Part shown: positions 1 to 7,958 of the stretch, piece after piece | How positions within the stretch are numbered: position 1 is the stretch's first letter | Layout of the letters: every line of letters starts with the position of its first letter | Assembly: GCA_020056635.1 (NCBI GenBank) | Contig: JAGVHI010000003.1 | Location: 28,638 to 92,637, forward strand | Direction: 5' to 3' | DNA: 64,000 nucleotides | Origin: an archaeon | GTDB lineage: Archaea; Micrarchaeota; Micrarchaeia; Anstonellales; Anstonellaceae | Notes under the pieces: generated by a model | What the model saw: only the letters and a program-made list of their open reading frames with translations | Told to the model about the DNA's origin: nothing | Databases searched by the model: none | Program-made: the position numbers and the translations under genes

Positions 1-812
1 GAAAGCTCATCAATGAAAAGCACCCCTTCATGCGCCTCGTGCACCGCCCCCGGGACTATGCGCGTGTAGGGCTGCGTGCCAAGCTCCTCGTGCCCGCCGT
101 ACGGGTCGTGGCGCACGTCCCCGAGCAGCTCGGTTTCGGATGCGCCGGTTGCCTGCACAAACGTGGAGCGCGTGATTGGCACAATCACCTTGCGGGGCTG
201 CGTGCGCTCGAAGCGCTGCAATTTCTGGAGCTCCTGCTGCGAGAGCACGCGCGCCTTGTCGCGCCCTGCGCGCTCGAACACCACCACCTGCTCCCTGCCG
301 TTCACCATGTGAGTGGTTTGCACACGGTCCTCCTGGACGACTGTGTCGAAATTCGCAATCAGGTCGTCAAAAGGGGATTCCTCCTTCCTGTACTTGTCAG
401 CCCCGCACTTTGGGCACGCAGCAGAATCGGCAAACGAGAATGCCCCGCACCTCCTGCACCTAAAGCCAAGCTTCTCAGCAACATGGAGCGGGATTTCGGA
501 TGCGGAAACCACCCTGCCAAGCGCCTTTGCAAGCCGCTCGTTTTTTATTTCGCTTGCAACCCGCACCTCGATTATTGGGCGCTCGGGGCGCTCGAAATTA
601 TGCAATACCGAAATTTCCTGCGTCGGCTTTGGGATAAGGGAGGCAACAGCCTGCGCAATCATGCTTTTCCCGGTCCCAGGCGGGCCCACAAGAAGGAGGT
701 GCCGTTTCTGCTTTGAGACTATTTTTGCTATCCGGATTGCCTCGTCCTGCCCGATTATCTGCTCAATCGGGCTTTTTGGGATCGGTATTTGGGATGTGTC
801 CCGGGCTGCCAT
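1..812 (-). CDS. lon: ATP-dependent Lon protease, archaeal LonB type (N-terminal AAA+ part; the C-terminus runs past the window start)
   Basis: Reverse-strand translation from ATG at 810-812 gives MAARDTSQIPIPKSPIEQIIGQDEAIRIAKIVSKQKRHLLLVGPPGTGKSM (Walker A), a CxxC...CxxC zinc ribbon, and ...HDPYGGHEELGTQPYTRIVPGAVHEAHEGVLFIDEL (the LonB signature). The frame stays open to position 1. The upstream ATG at 869-871 is in a different frame, so it is not the lon start. Confidence 0.75.
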   Translation of the reverse strand, partial: MAARDTSQIPIPKSPIEQIIGQDEAIRIAKIVSKQKRHLLLVGPPGTGKSMIAQAVASLIPKPTQEISVLHNFERPERPIIEVRVASEIKNERLAKALGRVVSASEIPLHVAEKLGFRCRRCGAFSFADSAACPKCGADKYRKEESPFDDLIANFDTVVQEDRVQTTHMVNGREQVVVFERAGRDKARVLSQQELQKLQRFERTQPRKVIVPITRSTFVQATGASETELLGDVRHDPYGGHEELGTQPYTRIVPGAVHEAHEGVLFIDEL

Positions 813-834
813 GTGCCCATTTCGCAACGAAGCA

Positions 835-842
835 TTATTAAA
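835..842 (+). promoter_or_regulatory. TATA-like box (ttattaaa) about 28 bp upstream of tRNA-Phe, inside the lon/tRNA divergent intergenic region
   Basis: AT-rich octamer at the distance expected for an archaeal box A upstream of the tRNA 5' end at 867. Confidence 0.35.
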
Positions 843-866
843 ATTGGCAAGCATATGCTTTCCTCG

Positions 867-1051
867 TGCCATAGTAGCTCAACCTGGGAGAGCAATCGGC
901 TGAAGACCGATGTGTTGCTGGTTCAAGCCCCTTTTTCTTTCTTGAGAAGAAAGAAAAAGGCCCTTGGGTTCAAAAAGAAAGAAAACGAGAGCAAAAACTC
1001 TCTGCTTCGAAATAAGGAATCCGATGGCTGCCAAAAAATCCGGCCTATGGC
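867..1051 (+). tRNA. tRNA-Phe (anticodon GAA) interrupted by an approximately 111-nt intron in the T-loop
   Basis: Exon 1 (867-924) carries the acceptor gccatag, D-arm tagctcaacctgggagagc, anticodon stem atcgg/ccgat, loop ctgaaga (U33, GAA), variable gtgtt, T-stem gctgg and T-loop ttca. Exon 2 (1036-1051) supplies aat, T-stem ccggc (which pairs gctgg with one G.U), acceptor ctatggc (a perfect 7/7 complement of gccatag) and discriminator a. An oligo-T tract follows at 1052-1058. Confidence 0.7.
925..1035 (+). other. Putative long tRNA intron in the T-loop between nt 57 and 58, with a 14-bp perfect palindrome at 929-959
   Basis: Removing it reconstitutes the canonical T-loop ttcaaat. It contains the hairpin cctttttctttctt-gag-aagaaagaaaaagg. 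It is homologous to the tRNA-Arg intron at 30221-30348. The exact junction is ambiguous by 1 nt because of the a-run. Confidence 0.5.
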
Positions 1052-1058
1052 ATTTTTT
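1052..1058 (+). terminator. Oligo-T tract (ttttttt) directly after the tRNA-Phe discriminator; archaeal-style terminator
   Basis: Seven consecutive T immediately 3' of the tRNA. Confidence 0.4.
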
Positions 1059-1061
1059 TAC

Positions 1062-1069
1062 ATTTATAA
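1062..1069 (+). promoter_or_regulatory. TATA box (tttataaa) about 30 bp upstream of tRNA-Gly
   Basis: Consensus-like archaeal TATA at the expected spacing from the tRNA start at 1096. Confidence 0.45.
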
Positions 1070-1095
1070 ATTGATTTATCGAATATACACATGCT

Positions 1096-1169
1096 GCGAC
1101 CGTAGTCTAGCCTGGTTAGGATCCGAGATTGCCAATCTCGAGAGCCGGGTTCAAATCCCGGCGGTCGCA
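1096..1169 (+). tRNA. tRNA-Gly (anticodon GCC), with no intron
   Basis: Acceptor gcgaccg/cggtcgc, anticodon stem cgaga/tctcg with loop ttgccaa, T-arm ccggg-ttcaaat-cccgg, discriminator a. No encoded CCA. Confidence 0.9.
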
Positions 1170-1258
1170 TTCCGAACCCAGGGGGCACCTGCGGTTCCCC
1201 CTAGGTTTGAGGTTCTTCCGTAACCCCCTCGCCAAGACAGTCTTTGCTTCATGCAGAT

Positions 1259-2413
1259 TCAGCCTTTTACAGCAATGCATGAAATTTCCACTTCAACCCC
1301 GAACGGCAGCTTCGCTGGCTGCACTACCTCTATCACCGGCAGGCTCGGCCCGAAAAAATCGGAGAGTGGGCCTTCAATTTTCCCGAGGTTGCCAAGATCC
1401 GAGAGGAAAACTGTCGCTGCAACCGCATCAGTTGGAGATGTTCCTGCAGCCGCAAAAACTTTCTTTAGGTTCCCGAGAACAGTAGCTGCCTGCTCTTCGA
1501 GCGTTCCTTCTTTGCAGATTTGCCCTGCAGTAAATACAGTGCCGTTGATTTCAACTGCATGCGAATAGGGGCCAACAGGGTCAGGCAGGCCTGGAGCGGA
1601 GATTATTCGCTTGCTCTGCGCAGCACCATGCTCTGCGATTAATGAAATTTCCACGCCAACCCCTTTTGGGAGCATTGCCATCTCCACAACTTCCCTTGCG
1701 GGTGGGCTTTGTGGGAAGAATGTCCCGTATACCTGATTCATTGCCCCAAAATCCCCAAAGTTGTCCAGATAGCCGTTGGCTTTTACTACATCAGCCATGC
1801 CCATGCCTGCGGATTTTAGCACTGCTTCAAGCTGCCTTAGGACTGCCTGCGCCTGCCCTTCGATTCCCTGCTCAGGCGAGGAAATCTGCCCGGAGAGATA
1901 GAGCCTGCTGCCTGCCATATATGCCTGCACATACGGGCCGATGGGAGCAGGAGCCTCTTGCGAGAGCACCACGTTTTTTGGCTCTGCCGAGGCGATGAGG
2001 GATACCTGCAGGTGCGCGTCTCCGGGCAATGCCGCCACCTGCACGCACTCGCGCGCCGGCTTATGATTGCCAAAAAAAGCAGCATATGCCTCATTGAAGG
2101 CGCCAAAATCGCCCATGCTTTTTAGGAAAACCCGGGCTTTTACTATGTCGGTTAGACTGAACCCTTTTGCTTGGAGCATCTCGAGTGAATGGGCGAGCGC
2201 TTCCTTTGTGCTCTCTGCAACTGTTCCCCGCGCTCCGAGTATGCCGGAAGTGAAAACAAGCTTGCTTGTGCCGCACAGGCCTGCGCCGAAAAGGCATTTG
2301 CTGGAATCCATTCTCAAGAGTCTCACCCCGCTTTCAGTTAGAACGCCAGTGTTTATAGGAGCGCCATTTGTAGCTGCCCCATTCGGGCTGCCGGATTCTG
2401 AGCGTCTTAGCAT
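1259..2413 (-). CDS. Protein made of three tandem RidA/YjgF/TdcF (endoribonuclease L-PSP) domains
   Basis: The 384-aa product divides into three ~128-aa units, each matching RidA (e.g. PAPIGPYVQAY...LYLSGQ... and PDPVGPYSHAVEINGTVFTAGQ...). Each unit ends with the ...E(I/V)(S/E)xIA pattern. Confidence 0.8.
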   Translation of the reverse strand: MLRRSESGSPNGAATNGAPINTGVLTESGVRLLRMDSSKCLFGAGLCGTSKLVFTSGILGARGTVAESTKEALAHSLEMLQAKGFSLTDIVKARVFLKSMGDFGAFNEAYAAFFGNHKPARECVQVAALPGDAHLQVSLIASAEPKNVVLSQEAPAPIGPYVQAYMAGSRLYLSGQISSPEQGIEGQAQAVLRQLEAVLKSAGMGMADVVKANGYLDNFGDFGAMNQVYGTFFPQSPPAREVVEMAMLPKGVGVEISLIAEHGAAQSKRIISAPGLPDPVGPYSHAVEINGTVFTAGQICKEGTLEEQAATVLGNLKKVFAAAGTSPTDAVAATVFLSDLGNLGKIEGPLSDFFGPSLPVIEVVQPAKLPFGVEVEISCIAVKG

Positions 2414-2490
2414 TGAATCACCCCAATAACAAGGGATGTATTTGGCTCAGAATGCATATAAATACTCGTTACCACATATAATCGACGCTC

Positions 2491-2898
2491 ATGAGATTCG
2501 CACTCACAATAAGCGGGCAGCCTTGCACTTTTGATATAGTAATCAGAACGCCGCCCCGTGCGCTTATAACTGGACCGCCAACTGAATTCCTGAGAACGAA
2601 GAGCGCGCTTGGTGGGCAGGATGAGAGGGTAATAAGCGGCACAGTCAGGAGGTTGCTTGGAAGCGCGTTTGCAGGGGAAAGGAAGCGCGGAGTGGAGATG
2701 CTTGGAACTGATGAGCAGGTGCTGGTGAGGGCTTATGAGGAATATCCGAATGCGAGGGAGCTTGTGCTGCAGAAAGGCGAGCGTTTGGTGTCCGAAAAGA
2801 GGGCAGCGGGCGATGCATTGCTAATTCTTGTAGCCCTCGGCTCCAAAGACCCGCGTGTGAAAGAGAAAGCAAATGAGCGATTGTGCGGGGGCTGCTGA
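2491..2898 (+). CDS. Hypothetical protein (weak call)
   Basis: 135-aa ORF in an otherwise empty gap. No recognisable motifs. Confidence 0.2.
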   Translation: MRFALTISGQPCTFDIVIRTPPRALITGPPTEFLRTKSALGGQDERVISGTVRRLLGSAFAGERKRGVEMLGTDEQVLVRAYEEYPNARELVLQKGERLVSEKRAAGDALLILVALGSKDPRVKEKANERLCGGC

Positions 2899-2970
2899 AT
2901 TGAGATTAGGTTATTAAATTTTGTAGCCATTCTAATGTAGCTGTGTTATACTGTTTGTGGGGGGGATTGC

Positions 2971-4365
2971 GTGGGTCGGGAAACGAATTTAATCCATGGA
3001 TTGCCAGAGCCGTTCAAAATAAAAGTAGTGGAGCCGTTGGTGGTCCCGTCTCCTGAGAGGAGGAAGGAAGCGATTAGGGAAGCGGGGTATAATACCTTCC
3101 TGCTGCGCTCGGATGATGTTTACATTGATTTGCTCACGGATTCAGGGACTGCCGCGATGTCGGACAACCAGTGGGCAGGAATGATGCTTGGGGACGAGGC
3201 ATACGCTGGCAGCAAGAATTTCTATACTCTGGAAAAATCAATCCAGGATGTGCTGGGGTTCCCGTACATAGTTCCGACCCATCAGGGAAGAGGCGCGGAG
3301 CACCTGATTTCAAGGGCATTGATAAAAAAGCCAGGGCTGCTGGTCCCAAGAAATATGTATTTCACCACTTCGAAGGAGCACGTGGAGCTTCAGGGCGCAA
3401 GCATGCCCGATGTCGTTATCGATGAGGCGCACGACCCGGAATCCATGCTGCCGTTCAAGGGGAACGTAGATATTGCAAAATTGAAGAAAGTGATTGAGCA
3501 GAACGGGGCTGAAAAAATCGCCTTTGTTTATGTGGAAATGAACGTGAACATGGCGGGCGGGCAGCCTGTCTCGATGGCAAACGCGCGCGAGGTCTCAAAG
3601 CTGTGCAAGGAGAAAGGAATAAAGCTCGTGTTCGATGCCACCCGCTCAAGCGAAAACGCTTTCTTCATCAAGGAGCGCGAGGAGGGGTATGCGAAAAAAA
3701 CGGTCGTGGAGATACTGAATGAGCTCATGGGCTATGCGGATGCGTGCATATACAGCGCGAAAAAGGACTGCCTTGTGAATATCGGGGGGTTCATCGGGAC
3801 CCGGGATATTGGGATATTCGAGGCCACACGGGAAATGGTAGTGACATATGAGGGGCTGCATACGTATGGGGGCATGGCTGGAAGGGATATGGAGGCCGTG
3901 GCGCGGGGCCTGAGGGAAGGGGCGCAATACGAGTATTTGAAATATCGGATTGGGCAGACCAATTATTTGGGCAAGATGCTTATGGATGCGGGAGTGCCGA
4001 TAGTCAAGCCAGTAGGGAGCCATGCGGTTTTCCTAAATGCGCTCAAATTCGTGCCGCACATTCCGAGGGAGCAGTGGCCTTCACAGGCGCTTGCGGCGGC
4101 AATCTATGAGGACTCGGCCGTGCGGAGCATGGAGCGCGGCGCGGTCTCGAAAGGGAGGGACAAGAACACAAAGGAGAACATTTTCCCGAAGCTCGAGCTC
4201 GTGCGGCTCACCATCCCAAGAAGGGTTTACACAAACACGCATATGGAATATGTGGCGGAATCCATAATCCACCTGCACGAGCACAAGGACGAGATAAAGG
4301 GGCTGAAAATGGTGTACGAGCCGCCTGCGCTTAGGTTCTTCCAGGCAAAGTTCGAGCAGGTCTGA
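2971..4365 (+). CDS. Beta-eliminating lyase, tryptophanase/tyrosine phenol-lyase family (PLP-dependent)
   Basis: 464 aa, N-terminus ...HGLPEPFKIKVVEP..., full length and typical spacing of Tnase/TPL. Possible GTG start. Confidence 0.85.
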   Translation: MGRETNLIHGLPEPFKIKVVEPLVVPSPERRKEAIREAGYNTFLLRSDDVYIDLLTDSGTAAMSDNQWAGMMLGDEAYAGSKNFYTLEKSIQDVLGFPYIVPTHQGRGAEHLISRALIKKPGLLVPRNMYFTTSKEHVELQGASMPDVVIDEAHDPESMLPFKGNVDIAKLKKVIEQNGAEKIAFVYVEMNVNMAGGQPVSMANAREVSKLCKEKGIKLVFDATRSSENAFFIKEREEGYAKKTVVEILNELMGYADACIYSAKKDCLVNIGGFIGTRDIGIFEATREMVVTYEGLHTYGGMAGRDMEAVARGLREGAQYEYLKYRIGQTNYLGKMLMDAGVPIVKPVGSHAVFLNALKFVPHIPREQWPSQALAAAIYEDSAVRSMERGAVSKGRDKNTKENIFPKLELVRLTIPRRVYTNTHMEYVAESIIHLHEHKDEIKGLKMVYEPPALRFFQAKFEQV

Positions 4366-4731
4366 TTGCTAGGCTAGGGAGCCAAGTCCGAAAGATTTCG
4401 GCTGGTTCAAAGAGGCGCAGCCGCACTCGCTTCTTTTCCACAACCATGCCACTGGTGCGGTGGGTTTCTCACAACTGACCACCTTATATACTTCCGAGTG
4501 CATAATTTGGTTATGGGAACAGAAGAAAAACAGATGGTAATCAGCGAGTGGGACAAGCACATTGAGAAGAATTCCCGCAAGTACGAGATTGCGTCTTTTA
4601 GCTCTGTGAAGGAGGAGGAGTACCGCAAGGGCTTTCGAAGGGATATAGTCAACTTCGTGAAGCTTACGCTAGAGGAGAAGCTCCAAATCCTAAAGTACAC
4701 AGGCCTGTGAGTTTTCCTTCTTTTTTCAGTT

Positions 4732-6324
4732 TTATTTTTTGCTGCGCCCTAAGTTGTAAATATCCAGCGCTAGGTCGTGTTTCGAATCCAGGGAGCGGCT
4801 AATTGCTGAAAGGGCCAGCTGTTTCATTTCAAGGAATTTCTCACGCCCCACCTCGACATTGCCGATTGAGTAGCGCTTGTTCTTGGTGTTGAAGCAGAAC
4901 ATGCAGTCTGTGAGGTTTTCGCAATTGTGGCAATAGAGACAGTCGGAGCAAGTGCGGCAGGAGTCCATCTCAAAGCAGCGCCTAAGCTTCACTGACCAGT
5001 AGCAGTTTATGCAGAACTCCGAATCGAGAAGCGAGGTGCAGCCAAACGCATGCTCCGTGCTGCGGGGCCAGAAGGTGTAACCGCAGTATTTTGAATAGAC
5101 CGCAGGGGAGGAGCGGTAGCAGTTTGTGGAGCTGCTCGAGGTTGCGACATCAATGAGGTTTGAGTGCGTGCCCTCCTGGTACTCGCTTGTGAAGAACGCG
5201 ATTGGGGAAATTTTTTCGTGGGAATTGGAAAGTGTTAGGGATGTGGCCTCGCCTTCGCCAATTTTTGCCTGCTCGCCTAATGCAATGGCCTCTTCGCGCT
5301 TGAGCAATCTTTCTTTAGGGATTTCGAAATAGGATGCATAATCGTAGCGCACGACTTTCTTTTTGCTGAATGCGGAGGGGATGTATTCGATTTTGCGCGT
5401 GTGGCGCATGAGCCATTCTGAGTACGCATCCATGTCACCGGAAGGCGGTTTTCCAAACAGGAGGGAATAGGTTTTGGCAAATGCGGTTTCCATGGGCCGT
5501 TTGTCAGTTGGCTCAGGCTTCTGGGTTTGCAATGTGATTTCCGGCTTCATTCCACTGCACTTTGCAGCGATATCTACAAGAGCAGGCAGCTTCTTCTTCT
5601 TTTTCAGCATGTGGGCCATTTCGGAGAGCAGTTTTTCCCTTATCTGCGCGTATTTTTCTGGAGGCAGCTCAAGGTTCCCGATTGCGTGGCGCCTGTTCTT
5701 GACGTTGAAGCAGAACATGCAGTCCTGGCAAGTGTCGAGGTTGTGGGAGTAGTAGCAGTCGGAGCAGTTCTGCGCCATCCAAAGCTCCAAGCACCGCTTG
5801 TCACGGAATGTCTCGAAGCAGTTTATGCAGTGCGCAGATTCCCCAATCGCGTTGCCGCCGAAGCACTCCTCATTCAATCGCCCGTGAGTGGAATATGCCA
5901 TGTACTTGCAGTCGTTGTAAAGCCCGGTCTGGTGCATGAAATAGGAATCGGAGATGTTAGAGCTTCGTTCGACCTGCCCGGAATTGCCAAGAATGATATT
6001 GCCTGCGTAATAGAAGCGGTCGGAGAGGGAGGAGAGGAGCGAATCGATGTCTTTTATCTCATTTAGCGAGAGAGGCTCAAATTTCTTGTTGAAATCAATC
6101 TCTTCCAGCCCGACCCATTTTGAATTTTCTGAATATTCGGAAATAGCGTACGCAATCTCGCTGCCGCAAACGCTTGATTTCCGGTATTTCATTGGCAGAT
6201 TGAACCGGGTGAGCCAGGGGATGTAATCCGAGAGCGGGCCGATGTCCTGCTTGAAAATGACCCGAGAGACGCTGCGCCATTTCTTTTCCAATACAGGGAG
6301 GCATTCGGAATCCATTGGGAGCAC
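4732..6324 (-). CDS. Cys-rich protein with an internally duplicated multi-CxxC module (function unknown)
   Basis: 530 aa. Two ~150-aa repeats each end in C-x2-C...C-x2-C-x2-C...CMFCFN(V/T)KN(R/K)R(H/Y)(A/S)IGN(L/V)E(L/V). Confidence 0.6.
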   Translation of the reverse strand: MLPMDSECLPVLEKKWRSVSRVIFKQDIGPLSDYIPWLTRFNLPMKYRKSSVCGSEIAYAISEYSENSKWVGLEEIDFNKKFEPLSLNEIKDIDSLLSSLSDRFYYAGNIILGNSGQVERSSNISDSYFMHQTGLYNDCKYMAYSTHGRLNEECFGGNAIGESAHCINCFETFRDKRCLELWMAQNCSDCYYSHNLDTCQDCMFCFNVKNRRHAIGNLELPPEKYAQIREKLLSEMAHMLKKKKKLPALVDIAAKCSGMKPEITLQTQKPEPTDKRPMETAFAKTYSLLFGKPPSGDMDAYSEWLMRHTRKIEYIPSAFSKKKVVRYDYASYFEIPKERLLKREEAIALGEQAKIGEGEATSLTLSNSHEKISPIAFFTSEYQEGTHSNLIDVATSSSSTNCYRSSPAVYSKYCGYTFWPRSTEHAFGCTSLLDSEFCINCYWSVKLRRCFEMDSCRTCSDCLYCHNCENLTDCMFCFNTKNKRYSIGNVEVGREKFLEMKQLALSAISRSLDSKHDLALDIYNLGRSKK

Positions 6325-6430
6325 CGCTAGGAATTGCAGGGCTATGGATAAAAAATTAGGTTGGACATACGTCCAATCTCAGCCCAAGGGGGCGCTGCCC
6401 CCTTAGTCCGAGACCGCCCAACCCCCCGAA

Positions 6431-7111
6431 TCAGAGCTTTTTCAAAAACTGCTCAAGCGCATAAGGGAATAATTTCGATTCTGCACGCCTTAATCTCTCC
6501 TGAAGGCTCCGCCTGCTCACCTTCGCAACTGATGCGAGCTTGGAGAGGGTCGCTCCCCTTGGCCATGAATAATAATTGTTTATCAGCGCAATCTTCACTG
6601 CCTCTGCCTGCTTGTCCGTCAATGCGGGAAGCAAATTGCGGCCCTTAAAATCGCCGATTTTCATCACTTTCACATCCCCGATTGCGGAAAGCTCGGAGAG
6701 CATTTTGCCAATCCTGCCCGGGTCCGGGGCAATTACATTGTGGATTTCGTATCCTGCCTTCGCAGTGATGTTCTGCCCGTAGGTAACGCCGTTTGTGAGA
6801 ACCGCATCATAAGTTGAGCTTACGCCCTTGAACCGGAGCAGAATGGATGCTGAAGTTTTCCTTTTTTCGAGTATATGGAGCTTTATGGTTGCCTTGTCAT
6901 TCTTGACATAGCGGAGATATTCCTCGAGCTCGGATGGGGAAGAGGCCCTGATGTCCCAAAGAAGCGAATAGTCTATGTTAGAGGGTCGCTTGGAAAGGTA
7001 AACCACTGGGGAGAGCTGTTCAAGTTCGATTCCGGGAAATTTTTCGCAGCCAAGGCTGGTCTGGCATTCGTGGTGGAAAACGCCGATTGTAGCAGCCTTT
7101 ATTCTTTCCAT
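6431..7111 (-). CDS. HTH_10 (bacterio-opsin activator type) transcriptional regulator
   Basis: C-terminal LTDKQAEAVKIALINNYYSWPRGATLSKLASVAKVSRRSLQERLRRAESKL. Confidence 0.7.
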   Translation of the reverse strand: MERIKAATIGVFHHECQTSLGCEKFPGIELEQLSPVVYLSKRPSNIDYSLLWDIRASSPSELEEYLRYVKNDKATIKLHILEKRKTSASILLRFKGVSSTYDAVLTNGVTYGQNITAKAGYEIHNVIAPDPGRIGKMLSELSAIGDVKVMKIGDFKGRNLLPALTDKQAEAVKIALINNYYSWPRGATLSKLASVAKVSRRSLQERLRRAESKLFPYALEQFLKKL

Positions 7112-7201
7112 GTTATTATGCCATTTGCCAAATATTTAAATCTATCACTAGCCCTTGGCGGGGCGAATGATTAAAATAGGGGGGCGAGATTAGGATGCAT
7201 T

Positions 7202-7957
7202 ATGGCATTTGAGATGATAGTTGTCGCGACATTGTGGGCAAGCGCGGTTTCGTTCGTTGGAATCTCTTTCATTTTCCTAAACGAGAGGTACCTGAGAGTT
7301 TCTATAACATTGCTTGCAAGGCTTGCTGCTGGAGCGCTCCTTGCGGCAGTTTTCTTATCGCTCCTGCCGTCCGCCCTTTTGGGCCTTGGGCCCCAGGCTG
7401 CGATGATTGCGGTGTTTGCAGGGGTGGTTGGGTTCTTCGTGACGGAAAAAAGCATTGGCTGGCACCACCACCACGATATCCATACGAGGGGGCTTGAGGC
7501 TCCGCTCGGCTGGCGCAATTACATAGGGGATGGGATACACAACCTTTGTGACGGGGTGGCAATAGGATCCGCGTTCTTGGTCAGCCAGCCTGCAGGGATG
7601 ATTGCGACGCTTGCAGTCATAATGCACGAGATTCCGCAGGAAATCGGGGATTTCGGGCTGATGCTGCGAAGCGGGTTTGACAAGCAGAAAGCAATCGTGT
7701 TCAACGCATTTTCTGCGCTTCTGCTCGTATCGGGCGGGGTGGGCTTCTTTGCAGCGTATTATTACCTGCTCCCGTTTGTGCAGAATTTGGAGTTCTACGG
7801 CATGGCGTTTGCGTGCGGCATGTTCCTCTACATTGCGATAACCGACCTGATTCCGGACGTGCACAAGGACACGCCCAAGGGATGGCTGCACACCCAGCTT
7901 GCGCTTGTGCTGCTTGGGATAATGCTGATTGCAAGCGTTGCGATTTTCGTGAAATAG
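7202..7957 (+). CDS. zupT: ZIP family zinc/iron permease (ZupT-like)
   Basis: Eight predicted TM segments, HNLCDGVAIG and HEIPQEIGDFG motifs, and a His-rich loop WHHHHDIH. Confidence 0.8.
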   Translation: MAFEMIVVATLWASAVSFVGISFIFLNERYLRVSITLLARLAAGALLAAVFLSLLPSALLGLGPQAAMIAVFAGVVGFFVTEKSIGWHHHHDIHTRGLEAPLGWRNYIGDGIHNLCDGVAIGSAFLVSQPAGMIATLAVIMHEIPQEIGDFGLMLRSGFDKQKAIVFNAFSALLLVSGGVGFFAAYYYLLPFVQNLEFYGMAFACGMFLYIAITDLIPDVHKDTPKGWLHTQLALVLLGIMLIASVAIFVK

Positions 7958-7958
7958 G

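Noticed and set aside
869-871. An ATG that initially looked like the lon start and would overlap the tRNA-Phe acceptor stem
   Set aside because: On careful re-translation it lies in a different frame from the Lon protein and runs into a stop within 35 codons. The in-frame start is the ATG at 810-812, so there is no overlap with the tRNA.
30-903. Several plus-strand ORFs (30-716, 76-312, 176-463, 313-903) at the window start
   Set aside because: They lie antisense to a well-conserved LonB reading frame (Walker A, zinc ribbon, HDPYGG...GVLFIDE) and have no motifs of their own. They are GC-rich antisense artefacts.
6325-6430. Two GC-rich perfect hairpins (ttggacatacgtccaa; aagggggcgctgccccctt) between the regulator stop and the Cys-rich gene start, considered as a small RNA or repeat element
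   Set aside because: A single occurrence in a short intergenic spacer. It is most simply explained as a terminator/operator structure. There is no second copy in the window to support a repeat family.
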